The position numbers were made by a program, and so were the translations under genes. A stretch of DNA of 64,000 nucleotides, from positions 19,017 through 83,016 of the IMG/VR virus record IMGVR_UViG_3300032046_000015. The stretch is one strand, 5' to 3'. Below, one piece after another: positions 47,968 to 57,702 of the stretch (position 1 is the stretch's first letter; the number at the start of each line of letters is the position of its first letter). The stretch comes from a virus. The notes under the pieces were generated by a model. The model had not been told where the DNA came from. It saw only the letters and a program-made list of their open reading frames with translations, and searched no databases.

Positions 47968-49155
47968 TCAGTATCCAAAGATGCGCTGGACGATGGCTTT
48001 CACATAAGTCTCATCCTCTTTGGATAGTTTGTTAAGAACAGCAACCTGCGCTGCCTTGTGAACTCCCAGTTTACCTATCTTGTTTGCCCACATGATAAGT
48101 CTGCGAGTGGACAGCGTGCAGTGGCATTCCTCATGGATCAATCCGTTGCGAACATACTTGGCCACTTCAACCAGCTTCTTGGCCACATCCAAACCAACAT
48201 TGGCTTTTCTGTGTATTATCATGGCTTCTTGCGTTTGTGGAATGTAATCCTGAAAAATCACCGTTCCAAACCTATCCAAGAAGGCTTCATTGAGTGTGTT
48301 AGTGCCAACATATAATCCAGTGTCATCACCGTGTCCAGTCGTGTTCGCTGTGGATATGATTCTGAAATTCTCATGCGGCTCAACAACCTCACCATGATTC
48401 GCAGTCAATACCAATTGGCCACTATCTAGCACAGACTGTAACACGAACAGGATTTGCGGTGTGGCGGCATCTATCTCATCTAACAGCAACCAGTATCCTC
48501 TCCGCATGGCATCCGGCAGGACACCATCTTTCCAAGAGACAATCGCTTGATTTGTGGATGTCGCTATTTCTACAACCTTTTCACCTACAAAATCGGATGC
48601 CCTGATATCACCATGTAGATTCACACGCTTAACAGGTTGGTTGAGCAGCGCAGCCAATTCCTTAACAGTCGCTGTTTTACCGCAACCTGTCGGGCCAACC
48701 ATCAGAACGTTATCACCTTGCTCTATCCCCAAGGCCAACATTTCCGTGACCGCTGGGTCAAGATCAAAATTTGGATCGTGGTTTGGGATGTGCTTCTTAT
48801 CTATCTCATCCAAACCGTTATCCGGTCTCAAGGACAACTCCGCAGCCCCAAACGTTAATGCCAACCCGTTTGCCACCGCTGGGCTTACAGTTGGCTCAAG
48901 TGTAATAACGTTTGCGCCATTCTCTGGCTTATCAGCGTTGCCATTTAAGTTGTTCAGTTGCTTACCTTTTTGAGCCATGCTTATTTGGTTGCTACCAAAC
49001 AGACTAATCGTGGGTGCCCCAAGATGTTTAGCCTTGTAAGTATGGACATCCATTCCATGTCTGCTTTTGAGGTGGACGGCCAGAGTATGGTACCATCTAC
49101 CACACTCTTGGCATTCGATCATCTCATTGCCATTCCTGTCTAACTTTCCAGCCAT
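47968..49155 (-). CDS. MoxR-family AAA+ ATPase (CobS/CbbQ-like) with N-terminal C2H2 zinc finger
   Basis: CQEC..HLKSRH; GPTGCGKT, LLDEID, TANT, NEAFLDRF, STRRL. Confidence 0.9.
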   Translation of the reverse strand: MAGKLDRNGNEMIECQECGRWYHTLAVHLKSRHGMDVHTYKAKHLGAPTISLFGSNQISMAQKGKQLNNLNGNADKPENGANVITLEPTVSPAVANGLALTFGAAELSLRPDNGLDEIDKKHIPNHDPNFDLDPAVTEMLALGIEQGDNVLMVGPTGCGKTATVKELAALLNQPVKRVNLHGDIRASDFVGEKVVEIATSTNQAIVSWKDGVLPDAMRRGYWLLLDEIDAATPQILFVLQSVLDSGQLVLTANHGEVVEPHENFRIISTANTTGHGDDTGLYVGTNTLNEAFLDRFGTVIFQDYIPQTQEAMIIHRKANVGLDVAKKLVEVAKYVRNGLIHEECHCTLSTRRLIMWANKIGKLGVHKAAQVAVLNKLSKEDETYVKAIVQRIFGY

Positions 49156-49183
49156 GTTCTTATCCTCTTTTCATGTGTTATTT

Positions 49184-49258
49184 TCTGACAACCTATCATC
49201 GTCAGCGTTTGGGTGGTCAATCCCAAACGGACACCCGCTGTGTAGCGGATGTTTCGGC
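49184..49258 (-). ncRNA. Type II hammerhead ribozyme HH5 (weak stem II)
   Basis: GCC-GAAA-CAUCCGCU/AGCGGGUG-UC|CGUUUGGG/CCCAAACG-CUGACGA-U-GAU; predicted cut 49230/49229. Confidence 0.8.
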
Positions 49259-49261
49259 TTG

Positions 49262-49540
49262 TTACTCTGCTATTGTTACTAAAGTCAAATATCCACCGCC
49301 ACGTTGCTTGTTTGTTTGCGTAACATCAAAACCTATGCGCCTCAACATATCCTCTTGTCCAACTGGCCCACCACCTATTCTCCAACGTCTGCCAGACTTG
49401 GGTGAGTATGGACTGCGCCAACTGCCTCTCAGCCCACCTATTACATCAGATATGGCTGCGGCACCGTTTGATTGTTCGATGATTGACTTTATATCCTCTT
49501 TAATCTCAGCAATCATCTTCAATTCCACTTCTTGCCTCAT
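49262..49540 (-). CDS. Hypothetical protein flanked by HH6 and HH5
   Basis: 92 aa, GAAAGGA RBS. Confidence 0.6.
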   Translation of the reverse strand: MRQEVELKMIAEIKEDIKSIIEQSNGAAAISDVIGGLRGSWRSPYSPKSGRRWRIGGGPVGQEDMLRRIGFDVTQTNKQRGGGYLTLVTIAE

Positions 49541-49574
49541 GTCTTTATCATCCTTTCATTGTGTGTAATTATCT

Positions 49575-49657
49575 GGTGACTTGCTTCATCAGCGTCCAGG
49601 TTGTCAACCTGTGACGTACAAGCCAGTGTGTTATTTCAACACCAGCTTGTTTCAGCT
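49575..49657 (-). ncRNA. Type II hammerhead ribozyme HH6 (GUA cleavage triplet)
   Basis: GCU-GAAA-CAAGCU..GGCUUG-UA|CGUC(A)CAGG/CCUGGACG-CUGAUGA-AGC; loop UGAC with downstream GUCA; predicted cut 49617/49616. Confidence 0.88.
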
Positions 49658-49984
49658 TTGTACTCTCTCACATGCGCCACTTTCAGCCCCCATGCGTAAA
49701 CGATTACACATGACGCTCAGCTTATCTGACGCTGTGTTTTCCCTTGTCCCTGTCTCTCTCCTCTTTAAGTCTGTGGGCTTGCTCCCCTGTCCCCACCAGG
49801 CTACACCACTCACCTGTCCACTCCGCACCGTGTGGAAAACTGATTTTTGCTTACTGCCAGACTGGTCTAACTGGCCTCAGGCTTCACCCGTTTTTTGCGT
49901 CAGGCCTGGAAAATCTTAACTTGTCAAAGTGGTGTGGGCGTCCGTTTATCCCGCTCAGGCTTCACTTGTGCACCGCACTATGTC

Positions 49985-50509
49985 TATAAAGTAAAGCGAA
50001 AAACAAGCCGTCTATCCTATATCTTATATATTTTCATCAAAAACTATCCCAATTTTGGCACAATTTGATATCAATATAGTGTGTAATACGAACAATAATA
50101 TGACAATTTTGTACAAAAGACAAAATAATTTTGACATCAAAATTTCCCATATCATAGTATCCCAAATTATAACAATATTGATATAAATTTCTTTACTATC
50201 TCATTGTCCATAACTGTTGTCCAATCTGATGAGCATTCACAATTTATAACAATTTTGATAGTAATATGTGTCCACTTTGATAGTATGTTTTCTTTACTTC
50301 ATAGTAAAGAATCTTTACCAATTTGATTGTGTAATGTTACCTATTTACCCCAACAAATAGTAATTTTTTCTTACCAATCATTACACACATAATATTGTCT
50401 ATAAATGGCGACACAGACAAGATTGGTATTTGACAACAACCTGTCTGTGTAATCGTTGTGTTGATTGACTAAGAAAATTTTAGCTGGCAACTAAGAAAAA
50501 AGTAGCCAA
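49985..50509. promoter_or_regulatory. AT-rich non-coding region (candidate origin/promoter region)
   Basis: No ORF; visibly AT-rich; imperfect repeats TTATAACAAT(A/T)TTGATA x2, TTTCTTTACT x2, ACTAAGAAAA x2. Confidence 0.5.
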
Positions 50510-51535
50510 TTATTGTGTTTTAATTCCTTTATATTTGTCAATGTATTCAGACTTCCAACGCAATAATTGTATGGAATCTATTGATTGAGCATTGGCTATA
50601 GCTTCAGCAACTGTGTCTTTACTTGAAGAATCTGGATCACCAGACTTCAACCATGCCACTTTTGTGGGAATCAATCCTGATGTAATTTGTGCCATTTTGA
50701 TGGCTGTTGGTAGGGCATCAGAATCCAGCATAAAAACAAGGCATTTAGGTTGTAAGGATAGAATCAAGTCAACCCTATAATCAGACAAGCCTTTGCCAAA
50801 TAAGCCCAAAGGATAGTGGCCATAATCATCTAATCTCATAACATCCATTGGCCCTTCACATGGAATTATCCTCTCAACTCCTCTTGGTATGTTATCATAA
50901 TTCATCATAAAGTGGGCCATAGGTGCCTCTTTTGGATTGTCATACTTTGGGCCACGTCCCAAACCTGCTACACTCCTAGCAACAAATGTGGTGCTTCCTG
51001 CTGTAGAAATAGGCCAGAGGATACAACCCGAATAAAAGCCAGATGTGGCATATCCAACTTTGAATTTGGCCAACATCCTGGGCGTCACTCCTCTGTCCCT
51101 TAAATACACAGGCATATTGACTGCTCCTGTTTTCTTGTTAACACAAGGTATGTAACCATCTGGCAAGGATATGCTATATGTCTCTGCGGTTGTTTTGGTT
51201 GTTTGCCCTGTGTCCAATCGTGGTGAAAGTAATTTTGCTTTATTTAACAGATCAACCAATGGTTGTGTAGCCTTATGCTTACCTTCACGCATGAGTCTAG
51301 CAACAACTTGGGATTCAGGTGTGCCTTCAACTTCAGCCAACAATCTGAAAAGCCTTCCTGATTCACCGCATTTGTAACAATTGAACACACGCTTATGTAT
51401 ATTGACATAGCAATGTCCATGAGTATCACCACAGAATGGACATTCAGATAAAACCAATTCACGGTCTTGTTCGTGTCCAGCCCTTCTTTGTATGCCGACA
51501 TTCTCATCAAAATACTCTTCAGGATCAAAGCTCAT
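50510..51535 (-). CDS. DNA primase (Zn finger + TOPRIM)
   Basis: CPFC..CYKC, YLRDRG, CEGPMD, LDSDA, DP. Confidence 0.9.
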   Translation of the reverse strand: MSFDPEEYFDENVGIQRRAGHEQDRELVLSECPFCGDTHGHCYVNIHKRVFNCYKCGESGRLFRLLAEVEGTPESQVVARLMREGKHKATQPLVDLLNKAKLLSPRLDTGQTTKTTAETYSISLPDGYIPCVNKKTGAVNMPVYLRDRGVTPRMLAKFKVGYATSGFYSGCILWPISTAGSTTFVARSVAGLGRGPKYDNPKEAPMAHFMMNYDNIPRGVERIIPCEGPMDVMRLDDYGHYPLGLFGKGLSDYRVDLILSLQPKCLVFMLDSDALPTAIKMAQITSGLIPTKVAWLKSGDPDSSSKDTVAEAIANAQSIDSIQLLRWKSEYIDKYKGIKTQ

Positions 51536-52845
51536 TCCACTATCTCCAAAGGCTTGTTTTCTTGGAACATCATAATGGAGAATGCTGCCTTGAGTGTAAT
51601 GCGCTTTTTGGACTCACCATCCCTGTGTTTAGCTAACCACAAGTCCACTTCCGGTGGTACCATCAACTCTTGCTCCTCTGTTTGATTTAGTGTCAGAATG
51701 ATGTCTGCTATCCTTGCCTTGTCATACGATTCACTAACACCTTCTGAGTGGATTAACTTATATTTCAACTCTGCCTTTGCGTGTGTACTACTCCACACGG
51801 CGCAACCCATCTCTGGATCTTCAGCAAGTGCTTTCAACTCCCAAAAGACAGAGGATGTGTCCAACCTGAAATTTTGTGTTGAACGCACAGGATTCATGTG
51901 ATCACCTGAGTCAACCAATACGACATGAGGCCTGTGCCCCTCTGCTATGCGCTGTTTCATGATATCACGCAAATGTGTAGTATTACATGAGCGCACTGGT
52001 AGGTTGACAATGAACACCTTGTCCTTGAACTCTTTTCTGCGCCTTTCAATGGTGTGTTTGATAAGCTCCTCTTCAATAGGATTCAAGTCATAATTCTTCA
52101 GCTTTTTGTGTGGTATCTTTAACAATCTGGAATCATAGCGTGTCGCTATCTGGTGCGCTGGCATCTCCAGAGTGATGTGTAGAACATTCCAACCCGACAC
52201 TGCCGCCATCAACCCTAAATGTACAAGGAATATGGATTTGCCACGGTTTGTTGTTCCAACCACCAAACCCAATTCACCTTCACGCAGTCCATCTATCACC
52301 TTGTCCAACTCTCTTATCCTGGTAGGGACACAGACAGTGCTGCGTGGATTGATCCGTTGTTGTTTACGTTCTGATTGACGTTGCTCCAATTCTTCAATCC
52401 AATTCACCTCAGTTGTACTCTTGACCTTGCCAGAGTATAACACATCTGTGATCTTATTGTATGCCTGATCAATGTTGCCTTTGCCAAGCTCATCCAACAC
52501 TTCTGTGACCGATGTTTGAAGTAATCTGAACCTAACAAATTGTATCAGTGTGTCTAATGATGACAATGGACTGGATGGTGGGAATTGAAACACGGATTGG
52601 ATGATGGTAGCATATTGTTGTTGCAATGTTTTATCTTTCACCCTGTCAATCGCTGTTTTAGCATACAGCTCAGTTGGCGTCTCAGCGTGAGCTTTATACT
52701 GCTCAAGCATTATCCCAAAAAGCCAACCATGGGCTTTGGACAAGAATAAGTGTTGCTGTAACAGGTTGGATGCCTTGGTCATATACCTGACATCATGAGC
52801 ACAAGCTCTTAACACATCCAGTTCATGTTCCTCAGTGAAAATCAT
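51532..52845 (-). CDS. DnaB-like replicative helicase
   Basis: GTTNRGKS, ITLEM, LVDSGD, KHRDG. Confidence 0.88.
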   Translation of the reverse strand: MIFTEEHELDVLRACAHDVRYMTKASNLLQQHLFLSKAHGWLFGIMLEQYKAHAETPTELYAKTAIDRVKDKTLQQQYATIIQSVFQFPPSSPLSSLDTLIQFVRFRLLQTSVTEVLDELGKGNIDQAYNKITDVLYSGKVKSTTEVNWIEELEQRQSERKQQRINPRSTVCVPTRIRELDKVIDGLREGELGLVVGTTNRGKSIFLVHLGLMAAVSGWNVLHITLEMPAHQIATRYDSRLLKIPHKKLKNYDLNPIEEELIKHTIERRRKEFKDKVFIVNLPVRSCNTTHLRDIMKQRIAEGHRPHVVLVDSGDHMNPVRSTQNFRLDTSSVFWELKALAEDPEMGCAVWSSTHAKAELKYKLIHSEGVSESYDKARIADIILTLNQTEEQELMVPPEVDLWLAKHRDGESKKRITLKAAFSIMMFQENKPLEIVE

Positions 52846-53615
52846 TTTTGCCCCTTCAATAATTCATCCCAACGTTTGCCTTGCTCTTTTCTATAATCGC
52901 CTGGAACAAATCTTAATTGCTTCAGCTTGCCTGTTAGGATACTGGCAACGCTGGAACCAAATGAGTTGAACAACTCCACTTCAGTCATGTTGGTTATGAT
53001 CGTGGTTGGCTTCATGCTCGCAGCCCTGTGGCGCAAAATAGAATCAAGCTTGGATTGTATAAAAGTTGAATCTGTCTTTATGTGTACCTTATCCAACTCA
53101 TCCAACACCATAAAATCGCTGGCCAATCGTTCATCCAATATCGGCAACACATTCTCATCCTTGACGGATAGATACAAGACATCAGCTAGATCATGGCTGG
53201 TGATATAAAATGCTGAATGCTTTTTGCGAATGGCACCGCAAATGATCATGGCACTAGCTGTGGTCTTGCCAACACCATTCTCACCCATCATTAAAAATCC
53301 CAAGCCATACTTCAAAGCATTGTCAATATTTTCAACATATGATTGGACAGCATGGAAGCAATCACGATTGTGTTTAATGCTGGCATTCTCAACATCCCAA
53401 AATTCTCTTGGCAGGTTGGCCTTGATCTGCCACAACCTAAAGTGCCACAGTTCAGAACACTCGCAAGGTACAACATTTGCTGTGAGTGTTTCCGGTTCAA
53501 GAGCATCACCTGTAGAGTATCCTTGACCGCCACATTTAGGACAACCGCTTATGATCTGTGTCTTTATTGTGTTCAACTCTTCCAAGTATGAATTTCTGTC
53601 TAGTGCCAACAACAT
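52842..53615 (-). CDS. DnaC/IstB-like helicase loader
   Basis: CPKC..CEC; GENGVGKT, VLDELD, ITN, GDYR. Confidence 0.85.
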   Translation of the reverse strand: MLLALDRNSYLEELNTIKTQIISGCPKCGGQGYSTGDALEPETLTANVVPCECSELWHFRLWQIKANLPREFWDVENASIKHNRDCFHAVQSYVENIDNALKYGLGFLMMGENGVGKTTASAMIICGAIRKKHSAFYITSHDLADVLYLSVKDENVLPILDERLASDFMVLDELDKVHIKTDSTFIQSKLDSILRHRAASMKPTTIITNMTEVELFNSFGSSVASILTGKLKQLRFVPGDYRKEQGKRWDELLKGQK

Positions 53616-53646
53616 ACTGCCACCTATTCTTGGTTATAACCCACTT

Positions 53647-54651
53647 TCATCGTTGAGTCTGTTTCATAGTGTGTAGCTTATTGGCCACCACTTTTATCTC
53701 TTTGTTAAACGGAACATTGTCCAAGTTGACATTTCCGAACACAATGAAGTCATTTGCCGTTGTCTCAATAAATCTACACTCATCCTTTGTGTATTCTCTT
53801 TGGGTGAAACCACTCTCAGTTAATATGTCTATAATATGGGGTGACGCTGGCTTGTAGTGCTTACCACCCAACTGCCGCTTGACACCTTTGGATAGCCAAC
53901 GATTGGCCAGCCAATCACCAGCGATATTTGGGGGTGTTGGAAATGATTTAGTCCAAGAGTATTCTACAACAGCAAATCGCACATAATCCTCTGGCTCAAC
54001 GCCATGCTCATGACAGAACATAGCAGCCCTGAAAAAGTGATTGTCTTGGGAACCATTCCTGTTGTAGTGCCTGGGTGCTCCACTCTCCTCTCTCACTGTG
54101 GCATATGAAATTTCAAATTTGTGTGCTATGTTTTTCTTGACTAAACTGAATCTTGGATGTTTGGGATTATTGGCTATTTTCCACTTATCATAAGATTGAT
54201 CTGGGTTCATTGTGTTAGTATTTGAATTTGATTGATTGCCATTTTGTATTTGTGTAATAGCCTTATTATCTTTGAATTTCTTAACTCTCTGAATAAAATT
54301 ATCATCTCTATTTATAATATAAGACACATGTTGCTCTGTGTTATCCCTACACACTCGTTGACACCCACGTGATACCACCACTTTTTGAGTCAATAGCCTG
54401 GGTTCAACCATCAAATACACATGATAATGATCTTTGTGCTTAATTAGAGTGTGTATTATGTGTTTGTATTCCAGCCTTTTGAGAGCAGATTTCACCTGTA
54501 TAGAATGTGGTGTCCTATCTTTAATCAAGACAGATAACTGTGTAACGGTCACACTCACTTGTTTAGACAGTGCTCTGTACACAATTTGCTCAATCAAAGA
54601 CATCTTGGGTTTATCAAATAATACACCTTTGGCTTGGATGTGTATCTTCAT
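53647..54651 (-). CDS. Hypothetical protein, possible replication initiator (N-terminal wHTH)
   Basis: Basic wHTH-like N-terminus; directly upstream of loader/helicase. Confidence 0.5.
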   Translation of the reverse strand: MKIHIQAKGVLFDKPKMSLIEQIVYRALSKQVSVTVTQLSVLIKDRTPHSIQVKSALKRLEYKHIIHTLIKHKDHYHVYLMVEPRLLTQKVVVSRGCQRVCRDNTEQHVSYIINRDDNFIQRVKKFKDNKAITQIQNGNQSNSNTNTMNPDQSYDKWKIANNPKHPRFSLVKKNIAHKFEISYATVREESGAPRHYNRNGSQDNHFFRAAMFCHEHGVEPEDYVRFAVVEYSWTKSFPTPPNIAGDWLANRWLSKGVKRQLGGKHYKPASPHIIDILTESGFTQREYTKDECRFIETTANDFIVFGNVNLDNVPFNKEIKVVANKLHTMKQTQR

Positions 54652-56087
54652 GTATTTACTTTGATGTTGAACATTGGCTCTGTTTTGTATGTGTGTATCC
54701 GTTCCAGAGCATGATCAGCTAGATATTTGTTTTGTAAATCGGCAAAATCAATTAGTACAGCCTTGTGCTTGCCATCGTGTGTTGTGAGATTCCTGATGCG
54801 TTGCATAGTTGATATTTCACTCTTGCCGCCAGCAGCATTAATTACACAGTCACATTCTGGTATGTCAACACCTTCACCAAATAAATTTCCAAGTAATATC
54901 CTCACTGTCCCTTCTTGGAATTCAGCAACACGTTGACGCCTGTGTGTAGTACTGGTCTCACCGATCATAACATGATGCTTAGCACCCAAAGTATCCAACA
55001 TCTCAGACAGTATGGATATGTGATCTAATCTTATGGCATGAATCAACACCAGACCATTTTTAGATAACTCCATTGCCTTGTTGATTATTATGGCATTCCT
55101 GACCATGTTGTTTATTATCCCAGATTCATATGGCAAAGGCCATTTGCCTTTCACTGTGGCAGTCCTTATGGGAATGATGATAACATCCAATGGTACCAGA
55201 TAACCTTGTTGGATTAAGTGTGAGGCAGATACCTCATAAGATATTGGCCCACAACAAGCCTTCAACCAGATGGTACCACGCTCTGTCTCACCTTCTGGTG
55301 CTAGATATGCTGTGGCAGATAAGCCAATCCTATACCTGGCATTGCTGTGTAATAGTATGTCCTTCCACAGCTTTGCTTCCAAGTGATGGCACTCATCAAA
55401 AAATATAAGATCAACATTTGCCATTAAATCCACAAACTCTGGTGTTGGTTGGACAGCCTTCTTGCCTGGTTCTGCTTTGCGTGGCCCACGTTCAACCAGA
55501 GTCTGTATGGTGGCAACTGTTATATCTCTCCTCTCCCAAACACCTGAACCCACTTGACCAATATCCGTTTGAAAGTGCTTTTGGAATACCTTGATGGTTT
55601 GATTCAACAGCATTTCACTGTTTACTATAAACAGTGCTCTGACACTGTACTCTGATATGATTTTTGCTGCTGTCAAAGTTTTGCCAGAACGTATGGGCAT
55701 CTTCAGTATGAGCCTTCCACGATTCATGCCATCAGTTGTGGCTATCCTTATGGCTTCCTGCTGGTAATCTCTTAAAGTGATGTTATTATCTGACCATTTG
55801 ATTGATATGGTATTTGGTGTGCTACGATTGTCTTCAATGACATGAGGTGAGTTTGTGCTGTTTAAGATGTGGACAACGTCTGCTAACAGCCCTGTTGGAA
55901 AGTGGTACCCATGATTTCTGTTGTACCTTAACAAGTGATCCTTCCCATCCCAAGCATGAGCCTTGTACACTTTTGAGTGTTTGTAGTTCTTGGTATGATA
56001 ACTCGTGTGTAAATCTATGATCTTTAACAGACGTTGATCCACACCTGTTATCGTTGTGTAATCGTTGTGTACTAGCAGTTGTATCAT
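54648..56087 (-). CDS. SF2 helicase (UvsW-like)
   Basis: LRDYQ, SGKT, DECHH, SAT, EGVDIP, QRIR. Confidence 0.9.
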   Translation of the reverse strand: MIQLLVHNDYTTITGVDQRLLKIIDLHTSYHTKNYKHSKVYKAHAWDGKDHLLRYNRNHGYHFPTGLLADVVHILNSTNSPHVIEDNRSTPNTISIKWSDNNITLRDYQQEAIRIATTDGMNRGRLILKMPIRSGKTLTAAKIISEYSVRALFIVNSEMLLNQTIKVFQKHFQTDIGQVGSGVWERRDITVATIQTLVERGPRKAEPGKKAVQPTPEFVDLMANVDLIFFDECHHLEAKLWKDILLHSNARYRIGLSATAYLAPEGETERGTIWLKACCGPISYEVSASHLIQQGYLVPLDVIIIPIRTATVKGKWPLPYESGIINNMVRNAIIINKAMELSKNGLVLIHAIRLDHISILSEMLDTLGAKHHVMIGETSTTHRRQRVAEFQEGTVRILLGNLFGEGVDIPECDCVINAAGGKSEISTMQRIRNLTTHDGKHKAVLIDFADLQNKYLADHALERIHTYKTEPMFNIKVNT

Positions 56088-56119
56088 CTGCTAGTATTCT
56101 ATGGTATCACGTTGAATTG

Positions 56120-56485
56120 TTAGTGGTGATCGTCCAATTGGCCAGCACCCCACACAGAAAAGACCATGAAAATGGCTCCAATAAAAAAGCCAACTCCTTG
56201 ATTGAAGCCTGGACGCTGATACCACTTCACTTTGAGAGCACGTTGATATTCTGTTGTTTCGATGTCTCTCATGCGTTCGCACAAATCCAATTTGGTTTTG
56301 AGCTCATCCCGTTCTATTTCTGCGGCCAGCAACTCTTGTACCCTTCCAGGTGATATCAAAACGCCATCGAATGGCGCTGTTTCACCTTGTTTAAGCGGCA
56401 CAGCCTTTGGCTCAGCTGCCATTGCCAATATTGTTCCTTGGAATAGGATACAGAGACATAACATTACTGCCAGAAACTGTCTCAC
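56120..56485 (-). CDS. Exported protein with C-terminal TM (spanin-like)
   Basis: Signal peptide, APFDGVL, coiled coil, KWYQRP + hydrophobic tail. Confidence 0.55.
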   Translation of the reverse strand: MRQFLAVMLCLCILFQGTILAMAAEPKAVPLKQGETAPFDGVLISPGRVQELLAAEIERDELKTKLDLCERMRDIETTEYQRALKVKWYQRPGFNQGVGFFIGAIFMVFSVWGAGQLDDHH

Positions 56486-56776
56486 GGTTTGCCTCCCTGC
56501 TTGTTGACTAGATCAGCCAAGGCATTTAGTTTATCATCGGTGTTTTTTGTGTTAGCTGCTTGGTTCAACTCATCCTTGCGTTTTTGTACATTCAACGCAG
56601 CCAAATCGCTTTCAGCCTTTAATTGTGCCTCTTTGGCATCAATGCGCTCTTTGGCTTGTTCGGCTGTGGTATCCTTTGGCTTGCGAGTGAACCATGCTCT
56701 GACTCCATAAAATACAAGGGCAGCCACTGCTGCCCCTGCTACTATCCAAATTGCCGCTGTGAGCGTTGGACTCATG
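56482..56776 (-). CDS. Inner-membrane spanin-like protein (start MSPTLT)
   Basis: N-terminal TM then coiled coil; overlaps neighbours. Confidence 0.5.
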
Positions 56777-57332
56777 GCGTGGCACCACCCGTTGTGTCGC
56801 TGCCCTGCTTTCCTTTGATCGTGTACGTCCATATTTGATGGTAAAGCAAGGCAAAGATACCAGAGTCAATCATGATATTCACAGCATTACCCCAACCGCC
56901 TGAGAACCAGCCCCAGGCAACACCCACAATAGCACCCAGAATAAGTGGGATGAATGGCATGACACGTTTGGGTATAAATTTGCCCCATACCTTCTCAGAT
57001 AATCCTCTGGCAAAGCCCACCACGATAACCAGAAGCAACGCTATGGCAGCTGGCCACTTCTGCTGTTTGATTTGTTCAACCAGCTGAGGTATGAGTTGTA
57101 ATACTTGGTCAGGTTGAACTTGTGGTGGTAGGTTGATTTCACCTGTTGCTGGTGGTGAGGCCAACGGTTGTGTCGGTGCTGGTGTTGCTGGCTGTATTGC
57201 TGGTGGTTGTGTCGGCTGTGTAACCGCTGGTGGTTGGGTAACTGCGGGTTGCGCTTGAGCTATGGTTGTGTATCCGAAACACACGGACAACACCAATATC
57301 ATAGCAATGATTGTACTCTTGTGTCCCTTCAT
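56772..57332 (-). CDS. Holin-like membrane protein with Pro/Gln-rich N-terminal extension
   Basis: Signal-like N-terminus, QPPAVT repeats, 2-3 TMs (IPKRVMPFIPLILG). Confidence 0.55.
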   Translation of the reverse strand: MKGHKSTIIAMILVLSVCFGYTTIAQAQPAVTQPPAVTQPTQPPAIQPATPAPTQPLASPPATGEINLPPQVQPDQVLQLIPQLVEQIKQQKWPAAIALLLVIVVGFARGLSEKVWGKFIPKRVMPFIPLILGAIVGVAWGWFSGGWGNAVNIMIDSGIFALLYHQIWTYTIKGKQGSDTTGGATP

Positions 57333-57661
57333 GATTTTCCTCCAGTGCTTTTTTTTGGCTTGTTTGGTTTAATCTCTTTCACATTTGAAGGCTCAGGGAT
57401 AGTTGGCTGTTGTTTGGTGTGTTCATTCCACAACAACTCTGCCAACTCTCTTATGATTGCTTTGCCTGCCCCCATATCCTTTTGTATGGTTGTGGCTTCT
57501 TCAATCATGGCATCAAGCCTTTTTTCATGTCTTGAGAATTCATCCATCTTATTCTTGATTGAAGGAATCAGTGTGGCTGCCAAGCCTTCTAACACAGCCC
57601 CTGGCTTCAACAATGATTGGATGTATTCTGCCTTGGCCTTATTTGTGTCTGTATCGCTCAT
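57329..57661 (-). CDS. Hypothetical coiled-coil protein
   Basis: 110-aa ORF after tail genes. Confidence 0.55.
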   Translation of the reverse strand: MSDTDTNKAKAEYIQSLLKPGAVLEGLAATLIPSIKNKMDEFSRHEKRLDAMIEEATTIQKDMGAGKAIIRELAELLWNEHTKQQPTIPEPSNVKEIKPNKPKKSTGGKS

Positions 57662-57702
57662 GTTTTATTATTTGAGGCAGAGTCAATCTGCTTGCTACAA
57701 CA

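Noticed and set aside
43053-49657. Intergenic repeats as CRISPR repeats, Rho-independent terminators or attC sites
   Set aside because: Spacing is gene-sized, there are no U-tracts and no integrase; conserved unpaired bases match the hammerhead core
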